From assembly GCA_051362555.1 (NCBI GenBank), contig CM120640.1, positions 47,346,788-47,410,787 on the forward strand: 64,000 nt of DNA, given 5' to 3'. Origin of the DNA: Lingula anatina. Lineage: Eukaryota > Animalia > Brachiopoda. The position numbers were made by a program, and so were the translations under genes. Under the pieces are notes generated by a model that worked only from the letters and a program-made list of their open reading frames with translations, had not been told where the DNA came from and did not search any database. The first letter of the stretch is position 1; every line of letters begins with the position of its first letter. Shown in pieces: positions 26,430 to 38,000 of the stretch.

Positions 26430-27420
26430 CCTGTAACGTGCAATGTATCTGGATTATATATTTTGCCGATGCTTATAGCACGGCGTTAAAATTAGCTCAA
26501 AGAGCTTAGATTTAAAATAAAGCCGCCGAGAGAGTTCGACCAAGTTGTTCCTGCAGAGATGGTTTGTGCCTTGTCGCTCAGGTATAAAGAAAATACATAT
26601 ATCTTCCCATTCTTCTACCTTGTTATGAATATAAATCTTAGTATCAAGTTTCATTTAGTCCACACATCCGTGCTAAATCATGTTATTGACAATTTGTTAA
26701 AGAGTTGCCCCGAAAAGGTGATTTTGCAGTAAGCCAAAAAGCGGTACTAAAAGTTTACATGACAATGTGCGCCCCCACGCGGTACACAGTGGAGTGAGAA
26801 CAGCAACCTGTTCGTGTATTTATTTCTGTACCTTCTACTTCTCGGGGTTTGGTACAGTCGTACAGCTACATATATTGAGATCAAGGCTTGTTTGACTTTT
26901 TAATACGTTTACATGATGAATTTGATATAATTATCACCAATTTCATTTAACGGCGTCGTTTCTCCAAGGAAGATTCCGCCATTTTAGAAAGTGATTGAAC
27001 ACCTCTGCATTTAGTTTATTGATTGGTCTTTGTAAGAGTCATGCATAGGGTGGCACTATAACAGACTTGGGAGAAAGGGATCTGAAAGTGAAATCAAGGT
27101 AACACATGTCTTTTATATACATGATGTATTTTAACGTACTGTTAATTAATGTGTAGGGAGGTGTAGATTTCCGTTTGAAATCTACATGATAGGTAACGTT
27201 ATTCAAAACGCATGGAACGTGAGACTAATGCAGCAACAGCTAAGATCTCGAGCAAGAAGTCACGTAGAACCTAGATATGCAACAGGAGGCACATATTGTT
27301 TGGTTCAGCTAGTGTGTTTACTACCAAGACTGTTATAAAGTTTATACATTTTTTTAGAAAATGAATCGTGCCTGACGTTTTTGAACTTGAACTTTCTGAA
27401 TTCGTTTACAGAGCAAAGGC
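26430..27420. promoter_or_regulatory. CpG-rich putative bidirectional promoter (SIRT6 on -, ADGRV1 on +)
   Basis: Local CpG enrichment between CpG-poor flanks. YY1-type CCGCCATTTT at 26976-26985, ATTGG (CCAAT box) at 27022-27026, CTCF-like AGGGTGGCACTA at 27047-27058, a + strand donor AAG|GTAACA at 27098/27099 and a - strand donor at 26426/26425. Confidence 0.6.
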
Positions 27421-30323
27421 TAAAAAATAATGTCCCAGGCTAAATATAGCTTTAAAGTATTTGTCAACAACAAAATTAGACCTCATTTATATAGTCATCA
27501 TGGAAAGTAGTTTGATCGCTTGGGTCTGAAATATATTCAGTAATTGCCACATTTATGAAAAGAATATATTTATTTATTTTCTAGTCAGGTTGAAAAGTTC
27601 TTCCAGGGGTCATGCCAGGTCATTCATTCAAAAGCAAAAGAGAGCTTCCATATACCATATAAACCTTGGCAATGTCAGCTTTTCAGTATTTTCTGCTGGC
27701 ATGTACAACACCAATAGAGAAAATTAAACATGCATGTAAATTTATAACACGTCTTAAGGGTTTTGTAAATATAGAAATATGTAAAATATTATTGAGAACA
27801 TTGTAATATGTAATTTTTTCACATGGTTTTGGATAGTTTATGGAAGGCAAGTGTCTAAACACTTGGTTTTAGCTTATATCATTATCTGTGCAGTATTTAA
27901 AAAAAGAAAATCAAATAAGTTATCTGTGGGAAATTAGAAAAAAATATACTTATTTCATTATAAAATTTCTGTTTTTAAAGTATGTTAAATTACATTTTAG
28001 TGGAATATTTACTGTATACATAGTGTGTGGGTATCAAATGAACTGCTTCGAGTCAGTGTGTCAGCTTAACTAAATAATAAACAAATATTGACCAGGTAGG
28101 AATTCTATTGTACTGGTCTACCAGACCAGCACACCAAGCAAGACAACACCCATTTCATATAAAGAAATCAATATTTAGATGAAACATTTGCATTGATGAT
28201 TAATTCTGCCCATTGGGCCTAAGTTTTGCAGTTTGAAGGACTAATCTGTTTTATTGCAGTATTTGCTGTGATTATTATCAAATGAATGAATGTACCAATC
28301 TTATATTAACATTTAGAAAATTTAGATTTATCAAGCTTTATGCTATGGTTATTTGAATTTGAGTCATATTTTTACACCTATTGATGTGGAATATATCTGA
28401 TGTTCTCAGTCATATTATATGTAATCATTCATAAATTTAGAGGCAGATATTTTGTCTTATTATCTAATTAAGATAGCTGCTAATTACCATCGTTTTGATT
28501 AAGAAAATTAAGTGGTTAGCCGTAGGCAGTGCTTATTATTCTCCTACACAGGTGTGATGTAGTAATTAAGGAGATGACACACCCTCAGGTACACATATAG
28601 TACATTTTGGCAATGTTCTCTGTAATGACATAAATTAAGATTAAGGATTTAATATCTTGAGCAGTAGAGAAGTTTAGCTGAAGAAGTCATGTACATTTTA
28701 CTTTAGACATCCCTTAATTCCATTAATTCTGTGAAAATATATACAACTTTTAAAAAAATTTGTTTTATGATTCTGACACTAACAACCTAAATGAGAGATC
28801 TATGCCATCATTTCTAGTTACCTTAGTTACCTCTGCAAAACTTCATATCAAGTCTTCTTTGTAGCTTAGCAGCCACAACAGATAGAGTTCACTCGGGATA
28901 GTGTTAGCTAATCACTTATCACTAAATTTCTATAGAGTTGTCAACAGACAGCATGTGGTAGACAGTCTCTGCAGCATAAATCAGCGATAAGTGCATTTGA
29001 GTTTTGGGACAGTTTCACTGCATTTAAAAGAGGAAACACTATTTTGGTTTTGGCATTTAAAGGTAAGGGTAGGGAATCAATTGTGGAACAATTGGCCTCT
29101 ATTACTATCTTAGTGAAAGTCACAATTTCCAGGCTCTGTCTATATCTGCACATTCATGGATTGAGAAGCCTAAAGCTTTGTAATAAATCAGCAGTCTGTA
29201 AAGTTACCAAAACATGTTTTGGACACATTACATTTAAACCGTTAATATAAGGAAACAGACCATACTGTTTAGAATTTATTGTTTTTCAATTAGTGAAAAT
29301 GTAATTACTAGGACTTCTAAGCACCCAGTTAGGTGAAGAAAGGTTGAGTTGGTTTTTGAGGGTTTACTCAGTTGGTTAAAAAGAAAGCTCAGGTACAAGA
29401 ACAAGCCAAACTGGCATGATAATGTTTCTCCTAGTATTGAATCAGCTGTAAGCAATTTTTCAGCCCAAACAGCAGTTGACTTTTGTGTTTTCTTAAAGAA
29501 TTATCCAATATTATTGAGGTCAGAATGCACAATTCTTAGGGCTTGTTGAGTGTATCATCTAACTGCGTGGTTCTTTGAAGCTGGTAATTAACACTGCTCT
29601 GTTGCTTATTTGTTTTATTTATTTTTTTGTATACTCAGTGGGTTGATGTTTGCAGTGTAGCTAATTAGAAAAATTTACATCATGTTACTTTAGTTAATAC
29701 TAGGTTTAAGTCATTAAAAAATCATTTAGTCAGTTCACCTACTTGCTTTTCTACATCTGTATCAAAATCATAAAATGGTATAATTAATCATACTTATAAA
29801 TATACTAATTTGTATGTATTAATACATACTTACTAGTACATATTTGGTGTCTGGCACAGACTTGCTAGTATAGCCTAGTAGGGTAGAGCATGAAAGACAC
29901 ATTAAAAAGCAATTGCAACGCTGTTTTGGAATAGATATATAGTACCGTAAGCATAATTCCCAATTACGTCAAGGTAGAAATCACAGTTCCTACCTTCCTA
30001 ATTATTTGTTATTTGGATTTATGGCAACCAATAGAATTAATAAAACTAACCTTTTACTTAACCACAAGAGTGTATTAGTAGTAGTTTTACTGTTTACCTT
30101 ACTGATGGCTGAAGGCACCTGTGTGGTGGACTGTGTCCAGTGGGTCTTCATTTTTATGATTGTCCAGATTTCTGTGCTGTGACCCTGAAACAAATGTTTA
30201 TAACACAAAGTGTCATGTTCAATAATAGTTTAGGTGTCTGGAGTATGTTTTGCTTACTAAAAAGTTCTTAGCCCCTTTATAAGTACATGCCTGGAAAAAA
30301 CAAAAAAGATTAAAGCAGTGATA

Positions 30324-30423
<100 letters not shown>

Positions 30424-32406
30424 ATTCAAATTGAAGGCAGTGAAGTTACAACAGATGGATACCACCATGTCTTTTCAAACCTGTTAATCAGATATTTCTA
30501 GTGTTTTGGAATTCTAGAATCTAATTTCATTTCAGATGATTCCATTGCAAGCATTTCCCTTGAATTTCAAGCACATGACCCAAGGGGGTTGAAAATTCTC
30601 CATCTCTTTGTAATAGAAAATTAAGAGACCTTTGTCTGATTTCCCACATTGCCAAAAGTCAGTAAGTGTGTAGGGAAAGGAACGAAAAATGTAGAAAAGT
30701 TCAGGAATTCTCTCCATCTTGTGGAGATGAAATTTGTCTGCATTATTTAAGGTACTGAAGTCTGTGTCTCAATAGAAAAGAGGGGATATTTTTCCCAGCA
30801 TTGTTTATGTTAGCTTAATGAGGTAACCTGAAGCTGTGAAAGTGAACACAAATCATTGGTGGTGAATAAGTTTCTCAAAGAACCAAGCAAGATATTATGA
30901 ACTTCAGAGTGGGGAACACAAGTGGAAGATAATTAACTTTGGAGAAAAGAAGATCTAATAGAATTGAGCTGAACAGGTGGAAGAACAGATACATTGATAG
31001 AATGGGAAGGGGCATACCCTTGTTGGAATGGCTCTTACAGGTAGTCTCTTTTACACAGTTCACAGGAAAATGCACTTGCTACTTAAGAAATGTGTTTATG
31101 TGAGCCAAGGAAGTGAGTGCCTTCTCTGTGCTGAATGTATGCTTGCATAACATTAAAGAGAAAAAACAGAAGAAAAAAGGAAAAGTGAACAGTTGAAATG
31201 AATTATCAGCACAATTAGATTATAAGAATCCAAGAGTTACATTTTTATTTTCTTAAAAGATATGACATTTTAAAAGATTTTATCGGTATTGCACATATTC
31301 ATCAAAATTCAGTGGGACATAAAAGTGAAAGTACCAAAATTAAAAAAAAAAATCTTAATCTCAGTATTTGACTTTAGTTATGAATGCTTCAGAAATGAGA
31401 AATAAACTAGTGGTTCTTTTTCCACTTGTGTTTCCTGTGTAAAAGGCAGTAGTATATAGTGTTTTTTTGTGTATCACTATGTTAAAACACAAGAGTCAGG
31501 TGTTTTGATCTACAGTAGGACAGAGCCAACAGGCTAAATAACAAATTGAGCAATTGGATTGGAATGGATGTGCCGGATAGATTTCATATGTGGCACTAAT
31601 ATCAAAGTAAATGAGAATAGAAAGAGTTTAAAGAAAAAAGAAAAGATTTAATTGATAAGGAAGTGTGAAAGAAAAAAGGAAAAGAAATGCCTTCCATCCT
31701 GGACTGTGAGAAATAACACTTCCACTGGTCAGTGTACTGAGGTATGGTATTGATGTGGCTTGATTGCTGTCTGGGTGGTGAGCTTTTCCACATAGACTGC
31801 TGAGTGCAGTTTTTTTGAGCTATAGAAGGGTGATTTACTGAACAAAGGAGGAGATTTTTTTAATCATCTCTCTTCATAAAATATGTTTGATCACCCCTGC
31901 AATCCAATCCAGTCTACTGGCCTGCCTGTGTCTGTCTGTCTGGGCTGCCTGATGAACCATCTGTCTCCTTGTCTGTCCTTTGGTTAATTTCCTCTCTAAC
32001 TCATTATCTAAATGTTATATAGTTTCCGTGGTACCATTTCACCATGCCCCACCCCTTTCAACTCGCACCTTTTATACATTTTTCTCTTTAGGGCATGTAA
32101 TTAAGAGCATTGATCCCTCATTAAGTTATTCTATCTATCCATCCATCTCTACCAGGGTTTGATCTTCAGAAAGTGATTTAACAGGCCAGACAGCCTTCCC
32201 CAGCATGCTTTAGATTGGAATTAAGCACCTTTAATAACCAGTAGCATTTCATTGGTCTAGACCTCTTTTGGTGACAAGTAAAAGCCAAGTATCAGATTTC
32301 TTTCCTGGAGTACAAATGGTTTGGAGCAAGGTGTGGCTTTGAGTTATTGCATTTGCTTCACAGAAGTAATTTTAGGTGATTTGCTACTGATGTAATTTGT
32401 AAGTAT

Positions 32407-32407
32407 T

Positions 32408-32432
<25 letters not shown>
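32407..32432. repeat. (TA)n microsatellite
   Basis: Directly visible. Confidence 0.9.
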
Positions 32433-32438
<6 letters not shown>

Positions 32439-34260
32439 CTCATGTATGTGTATTTTTGGAAGTTGTTGCAATGGATATTTTAGTATGCAACACAGAATTT
32501 GATATGGGTTAGAAAATGTCTGCAGACTTAATTAATTTATTGTGCATAATGTTAGGAGTTGGGCCAAGTACCTGAAAGAATTTGAAATAAGAAAATAGAA
32601 TGAAAATACTCCAAAAAGTGATAAGTGCGATTGAAGATGAAATTTGAAAATTTTAGCTTAGTACTGATGGAAAGTGCTTCGAGTATAAACATGCTGAATT
32701 AAAGTGTTTGTAAACTTAAACAAATCTTTTTTGGCACCAAGAAACTGAAATTCCCTTCCAATGTAGCTACTGGGTAACCACATTGTTTTAAGAATGTGGG
32801 TTGAAAAACAAAGCCAGACATTGATCAAGTATAGATTCAGCACCAAAGGCCATTAATCTAGGTTTATGTGACATACAGTTAAGATAGTGTGGTAATGACA
32901 TTAAAAATTGAATTATTTATTTACACACTCAGTGAATAGTATTTGGGTGAGGCATTTTTGTTTCAATTAAGTTTTAGATCATCATTCCTGGTTTTACTTA
33001 TAAGTTAAAAGTAATAGCCTTAAGTTTTACAAAACCACTCCATTTCTCAAATGGATACAAGACGACATTCCATGAAAGTAAAATATGCCATATGAGATAT
33101 GTGTTATAAACATTAATGTAACACCTGTCAACATAGTAAACTAGGGATTTTTTGCCACTCCTCCTGTGGTCAACCTCAGTCACTGACTGTCCCCTAGCCC
33201 CCTTTACCCTGCTGCCATCAGTTGGAATAAATAGTGTTTTCTTGCCTAATTGAATCAAGTAAGGACAACTATTAAAAAAACAGCAATTGTTTTCTCATAC
33301 ATTGGATGCTTGAAATGTACTTGACCCTGGTCTCAGACTGCTATCAATCAAGTTTCACCACTGCAACACATCCAGCCTCCCTTTCTTTGTGAATCACTTT
33401 TATTTTAGAAACTCTGGCAAAAGTTGTGTTGATTTTCATTTGGTAATTCTGGCTGCACTCGCTTTTCATTCTTATTAAATAGTTATTAAAACTTTGTAAA
33501 AGCAGTAGCCTTAAAGTTTCGAAGGAAGAGACCTATGCATGTTCACGGAGACACTACATAGACTTCATGCCATAGAATTTTGTTTTTGCACCAATTCAGA
33601 TTCCCTTAAGGATATATGTGAAGGTCTCTCAGTGGTAGTAACAAATGCGTTATAAATATACTGGTACATGTATTTGCAATTTCCAGAAGTATAATTTTAG
33701 CTTCAGTTTGCAAGATTTAAATCAGTATGTCAGTGAGACCCTCACAGGGATTTAATTAACAAGCCAGGTGACTCTCTTACGTAATAGCCAGGCTATTAAG
33801 TTGTCAAACTTCTTAAGTTAACTGGTACAGACTGCAGTGTTTATGTATACTACTGGATGTGAAATGGGTCTAACTAGTGATATTATTGAAAATCTGATGT
33901 AATAGTGAACTGGTCATGGTCTGTTAGTGTCAGGTAATCTGTTTCCAGCCCAAGTCAGCTGTATCAAACTGTACTGTCCACCTGTCTGAACTAAAGCAAT
34001 AAACTCAGATACAAAAAGCACTGTATTGCAAGATTTATGAGGCAAGCATGATGGTCACATGTCAACGACTGATTAGTACAGGGTAGTGCAAAATAATTTT
34101 TATTATGCCACAGTAGTGCACTTTGTTTTTAAGATATGTGAGAGATATTTCAAGCATTTTTTATGTGAGAAGCAATTTGTCAAGACCTCTTTTGTCCTAG
34201 AAAGGGCCCAGCAGGCATGCTGATTCTTGATGAGTTTTTTTATTACAGTACATCAGTCTG

Positions 34261-34700
34261 ATATAGAGCGCATTCAGAACAACAGTCTAATAGATCCGCA
34301 CATCAAATATGGCGACCCACTAGAAAGCTTGCCACTTAATTCCCGATTAGACACTAAATAGATTCCCTGTGGTGATTACACAATCATTCAAGTTGGTTGA
34401 TCATATTTGATCCGCAGATCCGCCAACTAAATATGGCCAACCAAACTTCAAAAGTGATGCGGCTGAATCCCAATGGTCTCCCCGCCTCCACACGCACAAT
34501 TAAATGGATTAAATCTCGGCACCGAGGTTTAATTGCTAGGCCCCTGCAGCGACGGTGCGTGTAGAGGCAGGGAGACCATCATGGAATTAGCGGCATTGCT
34601 TTCGATGTATGCCCAGCCATATTTAGTCGGCAGATCAGTTAGTACTTGGATCATCTATTCTGAATGGCCCCTTAGTCTGCTGTTCTGAATGCTCTCATAT
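34261..34700. mobile_element. Fold-back (long inverted repeat) MITE-like element
   Basis: Outer IR ATATAGAGCGCATTCAGAACAACAGTCTAA pairs with TTAGTCTGCTGTTCTGAATGCTCTCATAT. An inner ~80-bp IR spans about 34417-34497 and 34555-34636, around a central hairpin TTAAATCTCGG..CCGAGGTTTAA. It is CpG-rich relative to its flanks. Confidence 0.8.
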
Positions 34701-35033
34701 GTTATCCAGTTTTAAAAAAAAGGTGGTCACAAGCACGTTTGGGTCCCAAGCCTTGTATAATTTTCACTGTTCCATAGCTTTATCCTGAAGGGCAGGTTGT
34801 CAGTTTAACCTCTGCCATGCAAAAGGGTCAGCAGATTTCTAAATCTTCACATTACTGTTACTTAACATTTCATCACTATAATGTTGTTCTATCAAATCAT
34901 AACATGTCATGATACTATATTTGTTCAACAGCAGTGTGTGCAAGTTTTCATCTTCCCACTTAGAATATTTGTTACAAGTGTACTGTTTCTTCTCTTTAAT
35001 TTTTTTTTAAATTTATTTTTCAGTAATGCAGCA

Positions 35034-38000
35034 ATGACAGTACACCCAAGCTTGTTGACAGTCTTGTTGCTGTCACTGCTCTGTCCATCTGTGGGTCAGC
35101 AGCAGAAGGCAGTGATCAAGTTTGTCCAGACTTCCTATGTCGTTGATGAGGGACAACAGGTGTCCATTGAAGTCTCCAAGACAGGATTTTCAGCACCTCC
35201 ACTCAATGTGGTCGTCATGGTGGTACGTGAATGAAATTTATTAGATTTACTGAAATTAATTAAATTTAATGAGTGCAATACTTTTTTGTTAGTATGTTTG
35301 AAAGGCAAAGATTTCCTTAACCCAGTCACTATTTTATTGTTGATTTGGAATTTGGGGATTTGGGTCAGACTTAATAAATTTTGTAATTGTTGAGTGATAT
35401 ACTCAATCAACATCTAATGTCTATCAAAAGCCTATCAGCCCTAATTCAAGAATAAAACACTATGCCAATTTCAAGCCAATTTCTGTCAAATTGCTGTCAA
35501 CTTTGACTGAGAAAACAAAACTAACTCCTTGTTTCTGTCAAACACAATGTCATCACTAATCAAGAGACAGGACGTGTCAACATTTCCTACAAAATTATTT
35601 TGTTTATCAAAAGTTATTATTGTAGATTGAAAAAAAATTCATCTTGCTCATGTCATAGTCTTTATTTTAAGAAGTCCCCATCATAAAGTCAACTGAAGTG
35701 CTCAGCAGAATTACATTACTATCAGCAGTCTTTTTTTAATGCACTTTACTTGTTGATTGATAACCAAATAAGAAATGTTTGTCAGATTTGCCCCAGATCA
35801 GGACTGAATAATGAGAAAAGGGTGTAATGTTTTAGGTATTTAAAAGCAATTGTTTATTTTTTTGGCATTTTTGCTGTATACATGAAAGACACTAATGAAG
35901 GGTGGAGATTTATGGTAAATTTATTGGCCATTCTTCTGTAGATTTCTCTCTTACTCCTCATATGCAATGTATGGTTGATGTTGTTTCGCAGGGTTAAACA
36001 GATAAGGATTAACTGTTCTTAATTTTTAATTAGCTATCTAACGAGCTTAACTATTAGAATCAACTACCTTAGAGTAGTAGAAGTTGAATCCATTTATTTT
36101 TTCTAAGTGCAATTATTCTTCCATGTTTAAGATACAAAAACCAGGGTCAGTCAACAAATGCCACACCATAAAAACGGAATTTAAAACATTTTAAAAGAAG
36201 GGAGGCAGGTCCTTTTATCTTGATTGCATTTTTTGCTGTGCACTTCAACATTCAATGAAACATTTATTTATTGGGGCCAATACGAACATTTTTTACTGGT
36301 TAAACGCCCTACAAGAAGCAGATTTGTGTAATCCATTTGCAAAAGTTTCACAAAGCCAAAAGGTAGAAGCCATAGGATGTAATTTGTACAAACTGATTCC
36401 TATAATGGCCCACATTTCTCCTAGTTTCATACAGTTAACTTTCTTTTCCAGTTTTTTCAGCTCACTTAGGGTTACAGTATAGTAGTAGTGCATAGTAGTA
36501 CATGATCTCCAGTTTTCTTTCATCAGAATACCTCACATTCAGCCAATGAAGAATTTCAAGCAGTTTCTGCACCCTAGATAAGCTACTCATGTGGAAAACC
36601 CATGCTTTGATTATTTTACAATTAAACTGAAATGCCAGTCATGTTTTCATTTTTGGAAAATATGCTATGCATTTTGTTCTTAGCCTTCTTGTCTAGGTTT
36701 TTATGTAGTTTATTTGAAAGAACAAGTTTTACAAATTAGGTAAGGAAAGTTATATTTGTTATTTTATACGAAAGGTTTCTTGAAAATGAATGATGAATTG
36801 AGTAAAAATAAAATCTGCTGCTGTGAATAGCAATAATGTTAGTAAAATGTTACTCTGAATCTTTTCTCAGTCTCTCTCTGCGTGAAATAGTTCATAACAC
36901 TAGGAAGTTAAATGGCAGCATTTGCACTACTCAGGCTAACCTAGAGAGAATAGAAACAAAATCTTGATTGACTTTTATGTTGGATTACAATGTGATAAAA
37001 CTGATGACAAAGAATGTCAGCAGAGTTGATAGGAAATATGGAGAGATTGATAGTTTCTTCTATCATGTGTGGTTACCATTTGATATTTTAAAGCCATACA
37101 TTAAAGACCAAAACAGGTACCTCGATAAATTCAACAAGTTTGCACATTTATGTTATTTGATTAAAACAAATTTCAGTTGAAATTTGTTAGAAAAATATTG
37201 GAAAGAAAAACAACAATTTAACAGATCAAAGTTGTATTATTGGACTAAAAATATCTGTTGGTGCTCTCTTCTGAACATAAGATTCAATGAGTTTAGTCAG
37301 TTATGGGGCCTTTCAGCTTGTGACCCATGCAAGATTTAACCACCCATCAAATCACTTTCTCAGGGAAAAACAGCAAAAGGGTCTCTTTGGTCATTTTAAT
37401 GTGATCAGAACCAGATTTTGGTATTTAAGATGGTGTTTGCCAAGTCAAAACAATTTTTTGTAGCAGGTGATAGTGATGACCACTGAGTAGAAGCCAGATC
37501 AACTCCTCTCTTACACTGTATATCAGAAACAGATTTTGATAATTAAGTTGGTGTTTTTGCAGGCTTCAGAAAGTTTACTCTTTTGCTTTAAGGGGTACTG
37601 TGGGGGCAGGAGGGAGGGGGGGGGCAAACCTACCCTTTCGTTAGACCTGTCCAGAAAAGGACTGAGTCGGCTGGGTGGAGTGGCGCATTTCTTTTTTACC
37701 CCAAATGTATTATGATATTCTTTAAACTTCTCCATTTTTAAAGTTTTGAACATGGTCTTTGATTTCTTTTGGCTTGCAGCGAGTTTTGATCTGTTGGTCA
37801 TTGCAATTTTATTAGAACCAGACCTGGTATGTCATTTGTGAGATAAAAGTGAAACCAGCTGAAGAAGGTCACCAATAGGGTCCCCACTATTTTATCAGAA
37901 ACACATTTGGTGTTTTGAATTGTGCTTATTTGATCAGTAACACATTTGGAACTTTATAATGTCTTTGCTATTAGAAATGTTTTTTATATTGGCTGACCAA

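Noticed and set aside
29869-29890. tRNA/SINE A-box-like TAGCCTAGTAGGGTAGAGC
   Set aside because: No B-box or cloverleaf follows.
30158-30180. miR-219-like TGATTGTCCA
   Set aside because: Only 10 nt match and the 3' half diverges.
31915-31960. Partial matches to miR-745 (GCTGCCTGATGAA) and miR-193 (TACTGGCCTGC)
   Set aside because: The matches stop after 11-13 nt and no convincing precursor hairpin is visible.
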